Shown here: positions 25,701-37,700 of the stretch, in pieces
Position numbering within the stretch: position 1 is the stretch's first letter
Layout of the letters: every line of letters begins with the position of its first letter
Program-made: the position numbers and the translations under genes
Assembly: GCF_002113885.1 (NCBI RefSeq)
Contig: NW_018404519.1
Coordinates: 224,656 to 288,655 of the forward strand
Direction of reading: 5' to 3'
DNA from: Mizuhopecten yessoensis
Taxonomy: Eukaryota
DNA: 64,000 nucleotides
Notes under the pieces: generated by a model
What the model was told of the DNA's origin: nothing
Databases searched by the model: none
What the model saw: only the letters and a program-made list of their open reading frames with translations

Positions 25701-28700
25701 AGTCATATTTTCCATGCTTTTCTCTAGTCATACTTTCACCCTACGATGGTAAAGCCTGTATTGGCCTAGTGTTAATTTTGCCCTTCACATGTGATTGCTA
25801 TGTTATTATGTTGTTTTCAAATGTTTGCTCTAATTCAATGGAGGGAAACACAGGCGAAAGTTAGGAAGCGGTATACTGTATTCAATTTAGAAAGCACTTA
25901 GTAACTTCAATTTGAACATACTTGCCAATCTTTTAAAATTTACATGGGGGAGATTCTGCAAGCTCAAAATTAAAACCTAAATAAAATGTGTGTGTTTATC
26001 CCCTAGAGACCAAATAACCCTTTAAAAGACACACTTTGAAATGCTAAATTTAAGGGTCCAAAATGGAGGGTCTCCCTCCTAAATAAGGAGATTTGGCAAG
26101 TATTGAAACGCCTTACCTGGTTATCCCCAAATCCCAAGAGTGCTGACTTGTCTTCCTGCCTGTAAATCTTCATACCACACAGTCGAGACCAGAAATCTAA
26201 AGTCAAAGTGTACACCTGAGGCCAGTAAATTGGTTAATTTGTTTACAGTCCAATTCCAATGTGTGAGATAAACCCAAAGATGTAGAGGTATCACAGTCAT
26301 CGTGAAGCAGTTGTATTGTGATTATTGGCATTTGATTCAATATACAAAGCATTTTTTCCAGATTTTCAATATAAATCATGATTCAGTGATTAGTGTACAG
26401 TATGCCAGTTCAGCCAAACTCTAAGTGAAACACTCACTCTGATTGGTCTGTAGGAATAGAGAAACAATTTTCACAACACAGTCAGAGCAGACGGTCTATT
26501 ACTGATGCTCTTGTAACCATAAATAAAATGTGAACATATTTTTAATTCTGTTTATTAATTACACTTAATACCAGTGAAATAAAAACTGTAAAAAAGAAAT
26601 TGTAAACAAGAAACATTGGACAGACACAGACAAGTTGACTAATATTTGGCGAGTTCAATTAAAATAAAAATATATAAACAAAAGAACAGAAGCAACTCCA
26701 GAATGCAGGTTTCCATAAGTGAATTGATAATGATGTGCTGACTAGTTTCAGCTGACCGTGATCATCAGACCATAGCTGTTTGGTGACCGTGATCAGACCA
26801 TAGCTGTTTGGTGACCGTCATCAGACCATAGCTGTTTGGTGATCGTCATCAGACCATAGCTGTTTGGTGACCGTCACCAGACCATAGCTGTTTGTTGACC
26901 GTCATCAGACCACAGCTGTTTGGTGACCGTCACCAGACCATAGCTGTTTGGTGACCGTCATCAGACCATAGCTGTTTGCTGACCCCTGCATTATGTTCTA
27001 ACCAAAATGTTTGAAACTTACTCTTCTCATTTTATCAAAAGTGAATTGTAAGTAATTGCATTGTGGCACTATTATCGCAATGTTTATGGATACATGCGAA
27101 ACTTGAATAAAGTGTATCATGACAGTTCTAAAAACATATACAATTTAGTAATAGCTGTCAAATTTCCCTAATTAGGAGGGAGACTCCCTCATTTTGACCA
27201 AAATTTACCAATCTCCCTCGAAACTCCCTCATTCACGTCCAAACTCACACAAACTCAAAATCTACATCCTGTGGTCAAATGATTTCCTAGTTACTGCAGG
27301 GTGTGTGTAATTATCATAAGAGGTGTGTTTGAATCAAATGAAAGCTTTTTGGTGTTATTTTGATACATAAACAGGGAAAGGTATTAAATTGAGCAAAGCA
27401 GTTTCAGTCCCATTTCACACACTTTCTAAATTTCAGAGGTTGACACTTATGATTTATTTGATCTCTCAAAGCTAGGAAGTTTATGATAAGATTGAATAAT
27501 ATTAAGATTAGGGGACCATACTAATTTGTTATGCTCACTTACCCACAGATTTTGACAGATCTGAACACCCTAAGCATACACTTTGCACTGGGTCTGAAAC
27601 AAAAGAACATGCGACAAACACAGAATGTTAATATAATCAGAAATCAAGCAGTCTGTAATACTGGGTGGGTCTGTAATGAAGCATGTGTCTGGATATGTAT
27701 GTATACTCTAGTCTGTAACTGGGTGGGTCTGTAATGAAGCATGTGTCTGGATATGTATGTATACTCTAGTCTATAATACTGGGTGGGTCTGTATGTGTCT
27801 GGATATGTATGTATACTCTAGTCTATAATACTGGGTGGGTCTGTAATGAAGCAGGTGTCTGGATATGTATGTATACTCTAGTCTATAATACTGGGTGGGT
27901 CTGTAATGAAGCATGTGTCTGGATATGTATGTATACTCTAGTCTATAATACTGGGTGGGTCTGTAATGAAGCATGTGTCTGGATATGTATGTATACTCTA
28001 GTCTATAATACTGGGTGGGTCTGTAATGAAGCATGTGTCTGGATATGTATGTATACTCTAGTCTATAATACTGGGTGGGTCTGTAATGAAGCATGTGTCT
28101 GGATATGTATGTATACTCTAGTCTATAATACTGGGTGGGTCTGTAATGAAGCATGTGTCTGGATATGTATGTATACTCTAGTCTATAATACTGGGTGGGT
28201 CTGTAATGAAGCATGTGTCTGGATATGTATGTATACTCTAGTCTATAATACTGGGTGGGTCTGTAATGAAGCATGTGTCTGGATATGTATGTATACTCTA
28301 GTCTATAATACTGGGTGGGTCTGTAATGAAGCATGTGTCTGGATATGTATGTATACTCTAGTCTATAATACTGGGTGGGTCTGTAATGAAGCATGTGTCT
28401 GGATATGTATGTATACTCTAGTCTGTAATACTGGGTGGGTCTGTAATGAAGCATGTGTCTGGATATGTATGTATACTCTAGTCTGTAATACTGGGTGGGT
28501 CTGTAATGAAGCATGTGTCTGGATATGTATGTATACTCTAGTCTGTAATACTGGGTGGGTCTGTAATGAAGCATGTGTCTGGATATGTATGTATACTCTA
28601 GTCTGTAATACTGGGTGGGTCTGTAATGAAGCATGTGTCTGGATATGTATGTATACTCTAGTCTGTAATACTGGGTGGGTCTGTAATGAAGCATGTGTCT

Positions 28701-31700
28701 GGATATGTATGTATACTCTAGTCTGTAATACTGGGTGGGTCTGTAATGAAGCATGTGTCTGGATATGTATGTATACTCTAGTCTGTAATACTGGGTGGGT
28801 CTGTAATGAAGCATGTGTCTGGATATGTATGTATACTCTAGTCTGTAATACTGGGTGGGTCTGTAATGAAGCATGTGTCTGGATATGTATGTATACTCTA
28901 GTCTGTAATACTGGGTGGGTCTGTAATGAAGCATGTGTCTGGATATGTATGTATACTCTAGTCTGTAATACTGGGTGGGTCTGTAATGAAGCATGTGTCT
29001 GGATATGTATGTATACTCTAGTCTGTAATACTGGGTGGGTCTGTAATGAAGCATGTGTCTGGATATGTATGTATACTCTAGTCTGTAATACTGGGTGGGT
29101 CTGTAATGAAGCATGTGTCTGGATATGTATGTATACTCTAGTCTGTAATACTGGGTGGGTCTGTAATGAAGCATGTGTCTGGATATGTATGTATACTCTA
29201 GTCTGTAATACTGGGTGGGTCTGTAATGAAGCATGTGTCTGGATATGTATGTATACTCTAGTCTGTAATACTGGGTGGGTCTGTAATGAAGCATGTGTCT
29301 GGATATGTATGTATACTCTAGTCTGTAATACTGGGTGGGTCTGTAATGAAGCATGTGTCTGGATATGTATGTATACTCTAGTCTGTAATACTGGGTGGGT
29401 CTGTAATGAAGCATGTGTCTGGATATGTATGTATACTCTAGTCTGTAATACTGGGTGGGTCTGTAATGAAGCATGTGTCTGGATATGTATGTATACTCTA
29501 GTCTGTAATACTGGGTGGGTCTGTAATGAAGCATGTGTCTGGATATGTATGTATACTCTAGTCTGTAATACTGGGTGGGTCTGTAATGAAGCAGGTGTCT
29601 GGATATGTATGTATACTCTGGTCTATAATACTGGGTGGGTCTGTAATGAAGCATGCATCTGGATATGTATGTATACTCTAGTCTATAATACTGGGTGGGT
29701 CTGTAATGAAACATGCATCTGGATATGTTTGTATACTCTAGTCTAAAATACTGGGTGGGTCTGTAATGAAGCATGCGTCTGGATATGTATGTATACGCTA
29801 GTCTATAATACTGGGTGGGTCTGTAATGAAACATGCATCTGGATATGTTTGTATACTCTGGTCTAAAATACTGGGTGGGTCTGTAATGAAGCATGCGTCT
29901 GGATATGTATGTATACTCCAGTCTAAAATACTGGGTGGGTCTGTATATGTCTGGATATGTATGTATATGAATGTATACTCTGGTCTATAATACTGGGTGG
30001 GTCTGGAATGAAGCATGTGTCTGGATATGTATGTATACTCAAGTCTGTAATACTGGGTGGGTCTGTAATGAAGCATGTGTCTGGATATGTATGTATACTC
30101 TTGTCTGTAATACTGGGTGGGTCTGTATATGTCCGGATATGTATGTATACTCTAGTCTGTAATACTGGGTGGGTCTGTAATGAAGCAGGCGTCTGGATAT
30201 GTATGTATACGCTAGTCTATAATACTGGGTGGGTCTGTATATGTCTGGATATGTATGTATACTCTAGTCTCTAATACTGGGTGGGTCTGTTATGAAGCAT
30301 GCGTCTGGATATCTATGTATACTCTAGTCAGTAATACTGGGTGGGGCTGTAATGAAGCATGCGTCTGGATATCTATGTATACTCTAGTATGTAATACTGG
30401 GTGGCTCTGTAATAAAGCATGAGTCTGGATATGTATGAATACGCTAGTCTATATGTATGTATACTCTAGTCTATAATACTGGGTGGGTCTGTAATAAAGC
30501 ATGTGTCTGGATATGTATGCATACTCTAGTCTGTAATACTGGGTGGGTCTGTGATGAAGCATGTGTCTGGATATGTATGTATACTCTAGTCTGTAATACT
30601 GGGTGGGTTTGTAATGAAGAATGTGTCTGGATATGTATGTATACTCTAGTCTATAATACTGGGTGGGTCTGTAATGAAGCATGTGTCTGGATAGGTATGT
30701 ATACTCTAGTCTGTAATACTGGGTGGGTCTGTAATTAAGCATGTGTCTGGATATGTATGTATACTCTAGTCTATAATACTGAATCTGTAATGGAGACTAT
30801 TAACATTTGAGAAACACAAATATTTTCATAAAATCAGAAATCTAGAAGTTTCCAATACTGGGACTGTAACAAAGAATATCCGACAAACTCTTACACTGAT
30901 TGTGTATATTCCAGTCTTTACTACTGAATCTAAGTCCCTGATCACCACCAGATATACATCATTATCAAAAGTGGACCATAGAGCCAAAACTGGGTGTAGT
31001 GGCCCGGGGCACAAGACCAAATATCAGTATGCAACACGCTGCCATCTCAAAGAGATACTCGCATGCAAAACTGTCGGTGACAGCTCGCGTCAATGTATAA
31101 GGGCTATAACTCTGTAGAGGAGCACATGACCTGGTCTCAGTATGGGACACTCTGCCATAGAGATACTTGCATGCAAAACTTGGAAATAGTCGGTGACAGC
31201 TCGCGTCAATGTATAAGGGTTAGAACTCTGTAGAGGAGCGCATGACCTGGTTTCGGTATGGGACACTCTGCCATAGAGATACTTGCATGCAAAACTTGGA
31301 AACAGTAGGTGACAGGTTACATACAATGTATAAGGGTTATTCCCTTGTCCTGAACAATGTAATGATCAGTGAACAAAGAGGTATAACTCTGTAGTGGAGC
31401 ACATGACTTGGTTTTAGTATGAGACACTCGACCATTAGGTTATCACATACAAAATTTAATAATTACCTGTGACAAGAATATACGGTATATACCCTGGACA
31501 AAGTTACGCATAGTGAACAAAGGGCCACAACTCTGTCTATAGCGAGGCACAAGATCTAATTTCAGTATGTGACATTCTGTCATCCAAAGAGGTCCTCACA
31601 TACAAAATTTAATAATTACCTGTGACAAGAATAAACGATATATACCCTGGACAAAGTGATGCAGTGAACAAAGGGCCACAACTCTGTCTATAGCGAGGCA

Positions 31701-34700
31701 CAAGATCTAATTTCAGTATGTGACATTCTGTCATCCAAAGAGGTCCTCACATACAAAATTTAATAATTACCTGTGACAGGAATATACTATATATACCCTG
31801 GACAAAGTTACGCATAGTGAACAAAAGGCCACAACTCTGTCTATATAAATAGTGGGGTACAAGATTTAATTTCATTATGTGACTATGCATTCTGTCATCA
31901 GAAGAGGTACTAACAAACAAAATTTGATAATCAGAGGTGACAGAGATATATGAGATATGCCCTGGACAAAATGACACACAGACGGATTGACAGATGGATG
32001 GAATTGCAGGGGTGACAGGTAACACATACCTCCTTGACATTCTTTGTCCTCCAAAACAAAGCTGTATCCATCAGGAGATTTCACCACTCGTTTGCCTCCA
32101 TCCTCTATCACAGCAAGACCACAATTAACCGCTTTCTTGAAAGCTTCTTTAGAATAAATATTGATCCCCTGAAAATATTTTCAAAACCTGATTATCACAT
32201 TTTTGAAAACAAATTGTAACTTATGTGCCATTTCACTTAAAAACAAGCAGTCTTCTTTATTTTTCAGGTTTAAAACGTAACAATATATATGGCAATAAAT
32301 GTTTTACCTATGACCATTGTCATTGTTAACAGCAAAGCTGTAGCAGTGTACTTACTCTAAAATCGGTTCCCAGTCTGTATGTACCGATGCCATAGTTATA
32401 AGTCAGCTCTACAACAAAGTGGTTGTCCTCTGGGCCATACCCAACCATTGACTTACTCCACTTGCCGTCATATGGTCTACAATACACAGAATGTCCGTCT
32501 CAAACACTTTTAACTTTTTATGGAGTTCTAAGTTATTTCAGAGATGCCACAATCTAATTAAAGCAATTTGGGATATCTCTAATAATGATAAGAAATATGA
32601 AAGTCAGTTTTGTTTGTTAAGGGTTTCCCTTAGCTAGATTTTCTTCTCATACATTTATGACAGCAAAATTATTATACAGTAAAACCTTGTTATACTGCCA
32701 CCATTTGTCCAGAGAAATTTTGGCGTTTTAAATGGTTTTAGCGATAAATCAAAGGAAGTTTATAAAGGAATTCTCAAGAGAATAAGAAAATTTGGACCTT
32801 GAAATGTATTGGCAGTAAATAAGGTGGCAAATGAAATGAATGGCAAATCTGTAATTTTCTCTTCCAAATTTTCCTTTAAGAGGTTTTACAAAAATATCAC
32901 AGGAACATAAACATCTCAAGTGCACATTGATGTTCAACAAGCAACTTCCTACATACACATCTCGGAGCTGTTCACCAAAGCATTTTGTTAACAAGAGCCC
33001 CAAAGGGCCAATATTGCTCACCTTCATATTTAAGCAATCATGGTAAAATCTTGTTTGAAAAAAAACAACGTAATTTCATTTTTAACAAGAAGTTCAGAGG
33101 GTCTGTATTGCTCACCTAGATATTTTAGCGGTCATGGTAAAATACTGATTTTTTTTTTTAAATACGGTGTATATTTTGCAAATATTTTCCCAATATCTGG
33201 TTTTACCTTTAATTATACCTAATCCAGGGAACCAACACTTTCCACTTAACAACATTTCATTCCCTGGTCTCAAGACTGCCTAAATTTGAATCAGCTGTAA
33301 AATAATAACATCATTTACTTTTAAACAATTATGAATGAAATAAATTTTATCAACTCATATTAATACTCTTGTTGGTCTGAATGGATGTCCAATGCTCTTA
33401 ATGTGCTTTCCATTGTCTGTCCACCTGATGAACCATTCAGGACAACAATGCTTTAAATTATATGTTCTTTAATGCCAAAATTAACTTCCTATTGAACCAA
33501 GTCTACAGGGGAGCCACGTTCTACACAAGAACTGATTTCATAATACGACCAAGGAACGGTTCATCCTCACGGGCTGCCAGGTCCCAGATCCACCCCGATA
33601 CTATTACTGTGTTTTTTTTTACTTTATTCTCAGCAATTGTCTCATACAGTTAGGAGCTTGGGATCTTCACAATTTCTATGTAATGATCCAAGGTTTAGCT
33701 CCAGGGGCAGTGGCTGGACCCCCGGCCAAACCCTGTTGACATATGTTATATTATCTTTTGATGCCCAGCGAAAGTATACCTAGTTAACAAGAGGCCCAGA
33801 AGGCCTGTATCACTCACCTGGATAATAAAGCAACCATTGGAAATTATTCTTATTACATAAAATCCCTCCAATGGTACAGAAGAAGAAGGATTTTAAAGAT
33901 TTAAACATCAAATTTCCCTATTGGGGCCCGCAACTCTCAGCACTCAGAAGGGCCAAACCTACCACTTATGCAAAATTGACTCCCCTGTTTGGCCAAAGGA
34001 TGCTCCAGACCTAATTGGGATAAAATTACTTAATCCTTATGGTAGAAAAATTTCAAAGGTTTTTACCTCTATTTCTCCTTTTGGGCCCCACCCCTCTGCC
34101 CCCAGGGTGACCACACCCACTGTTTATACAAAAATGAGTCCCCTTTGCCAAAGGATGCTCCAGGCTAAATTGAGATGAAAGCCCTTTCCCTATGGTAGAA
34201 GAAAGATTTCAAAGATTGCTATCTCTATTTCCCCTATTGGGCCCCACAAATCTGCCCCCAGAGGGTCAAAACCCACAATTTATACAAAATTGAGTCCCCT
34301 TGGCCCAAGCATGTTCCAGACAAAATTGGGATGAAATCCCTATGGTAGAAGTAGGATTTTAAAGATTTTACCTCTATTTCTCCTTTTGGGCCCCATTCCG
34401 TTGCCCCCAGGGTGACCACACCCACTGTTTATACAAAATTGAGTCCCCTTTGCCAAAGAATGCTCCAGGCTAAATTGAGATGAAATCCCTTAATCCCTAT
34501 GGTAGAAGAAAGATTTCAAAGGTTGCTATCTCTATTTCCCCTATTGGGCCCCACAAATCTGCCCCCAGAGGGTCAAAACCCACAATTTATACAAAATTGA
34601 GTCCCCTTGGCCCAAGCATGCTCCAGACAAAATTGGGATGAAATCCCTATGGTAGAAGTAGGATTTTGAAGATTTTACCTCTATTTCCCCTATTGGGCCC

Positions 34701-37700
34701 CATTCCGTTGCCCCCAGGGTGACCACACCCACTGTTTATACAAAATTGAGTCCCCTTTGTCAAAGGATGCTCCAGGCTAAATTGAGATGAAATCCCTTAA
34801 TCCCTATGGTAGAAGAAAGATTTCAAAGGTTGCTATCTCTATTTCCCCTATTGGGCCCCACAAATCTGCCCCCAGGGGGTCCAAACCCACCGTTTACACA
34901 AAATTGAGTCCCCTTGGCCCAAGCATGCACCAGACAAAGTTGGGATGAAATCCCTTAATCACTATGGTAGAAGTAGGATTTCGAATGTTTTACCTCTATT
35001 TCCCCTATTGGGCCCCATTCATCTGCCCCCAGGGGAAACACACCCACCGTTTATAAAAAAAAATGAGTCCCCTTGACCTAAGGATGCTCCAGACCGAATT
35101 CAGTCAAAACCTACTGGGCTGTTCAGGACAAGTAGTGTTTTAAATGAAAAGTTAACGAACGGACGATGGAATGCGAATGCTGCTCCATGCCATAAGCTCA
35201 CTTGCCCTTCGGGCAGGTGAACTTAAAACCATATCCATTTCTATAATAGGTCCAATGGACTAAGCCCTGGGAAAGGGCTTGGGTGGTCGGGTGGCTCAGC
35301 TGATAGCGCACTTGCTTTTCACCGAGGTGGTCGGGGTTCGATTCCCGATTGGACATGAAAAGGTATGGGGTCACCTGCACGACCATGTGGGTTTTCTTCG
35401 GGTACATCGGTTTCCTCCAACAGTAAGATCCCCTGCGCGCTTATATCTGGGCCAACAAGTGTGATTTAGTATTAGTTGTAAAAACTTGTTTCATTTACAT
35501 TTACATTACGAACGTCGTAGTTACCAATAATGGCATGACATGACGGGAGAAAGAGAATATGTTACTTATCTTGGGTGTTCTTTGAAAGGGCTGATCTAAA
35601 TCCCTCTACGCTTTCTGCGCACATTACTATATCATCCAGTTGGTTCCACTCAAGCGGTGTTTTGATGAAGAAGGAGATCTTGTATGCTTCCTTCCTGGGA
35701 TGATTAATGGCCTTGAGTTGTTGACAATGTTCCTGTTTAATGTTGCTGATGTTTCATAGTTCACATAACGCTTTGTGTTTGTTTTTCGTGTCCTTCCAGA
35801 GCGCTGGATTATCTGATCTGGGGGTAGGGCTGGTATTATCCCCTCAACTACTTTGTACATGAATACTAGCCGCTGTGATTTCCTTCTGATTTATAAGGTT
35901 GGTAGTTTTAGGTGTTGTAGCATTTCTGCGACACATCCTACATCCCGACTGTTGTAATTTCCAGTAATTAGGCGAGCTGCTCTCCTTTGTATTCTCTCTA
36001 GTTTTTCAAAGTCTGATTTTAGATGAGGGTCCCAAATAACACTGCCATAGTCCAGGATTGTTCTAACAAGTGATATATATGCTGTTTTCTTACACTCTTT
36101 TGGGCAGTGTTTTAAATTTCTTCTCAAAAAGCCTAAAGTTGAGCTCGCTTTCCTGGCAATGTTGCTTATATGAGTAATCCATTTGAGATCGTTTGATATC
36201 TGGAGTCCAAGGTATGGATTGTTTTGTACCTCTTCCAAAATGTGGTTATTCAGACTATAGAATTTTGATGACTTTTTCCTGATTGACATGATGTAGCATT
36301 TTTTGGCATTAAATTTCATGCCCCATTTATCTGCCCATTCTTCAAGGTTTTGTAGGTCATTTTGGAGGATGTTATGGTCATTGAATGTTCTGATTTATCA
36401 ATACAAAAGGCAGTCGTCGGTGAAAAGGCGTACTTGTGATTTGACCGAGTCTGGCAGGTCATTTATGTGGCAGAAGAAAAGGAATGGTCCTAGTACCGTC
36501 CCTTGAGGTGCTCCAGAGACGACGTGTTTCTCCTGTGACGTTGTGCCTTTAAATACAACCTTCATTTTCCTATGTGTTAGCTATAGGAATGACGTCAGCC
36601 AGTTGTGCACTTGCCCTCGCACGCCGTACTGCGCAACTTTATTTAAGAATTTCTTGTGTGGCACAGTGTCAAATGCTTTGGAGAAGTATAGTATTGCTAC
36701 AACCAACTGGTTCCCAATGTCGTGTGCTTTTAAGAAATCATTTATAGTCAAGAGTAATTGTGTCTCACAGGAATAACCAGACCTGAAGCTGTGATTTAGA
36801 TTGGTGAGTACTTTATGTTTTTCAAGATGTTTTAGCATGTGTCGACAGATGATGTGTTCCAGAAGTTTGCAGGGGGCTGATGTTAGTGACACTGGGCGAT
36901 AGTTTTCCACAGAGTGTTTGTCTCCCTTTTTAAATAGGCATGAGATGTTGGCATGTCTCCAGTCTGCTGGAAGTTCTCCCGAGTCTAGTGATTTTTGAAA
37001 TATTTTTGTGAGTCCTAATGATATTTCTGTCGCGCATTCTTTGAGGATTCTGTTTGGTATTCCATCTGGTCCTGAAGCTTTTGATATGTTTAAGTTCCTG
37101 AGTAGTTTTGAAACACCATTTGTATCTACGTATAGTTTCGGAATTTTTCCTGTACAAGTTTTGTTGTTTCTGGTATGTTACTGTCTTTGTTGATGGTGAA
37201 TACCGATTTAAATTGTTGGACTAATATATCCGCCTTTGATTGACTGTCACTGATGAGAGAACCTTTGCTTTTTAGGGGGGCTACTCCTATTGAGTCTAGC
37301 TTTTTTGATTTGATGTATTTCCAAAACAGTTTGTTGTTGTTATTTTCGAGACCTTTTAGAATGTTGGTGTTAATGTACTCCCATTCTGCTCTCCTGTGGT
37401 TTCTTTTGCATTCCCTTTGATGGTGTCTATAGTTCTTCCAATTATTAGTTATTTTGGCCTGTTGGTAAAGCTTTTCTTTTTTTCTAATCATTTTCCGTTC
37501 TTTAGATTTCATCCATGGTCGTTTGTTTCGTGTTCGTGCAACTTTTGATGCTATGTGGGTATCCATAGCATTACGCAAGTCCTCCTTAAATGTTCTCCAG
37601 AGGTCATTGACATTTACATAATTTTGGTAAATATGAGGTCTAGCATGTTGTTTACACGTGTTGGTTGGTCATGTATTTGTGTCAGATGTGCTCCTGTTGT

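Noticed and set aside
27771-29894. 707-aa and 645-aa ORFs on opposite strands
   Set aside because: Both are translations of a 60-bp satellite that lacks stops in one frame per strand; there is no unique domain and the location is intronic.
35281-35350. Possible tRNA gene (A and B boxes)
   Set aside because: No complete cloverleaf; it continues into a SINE body shared with two other copies in the window.
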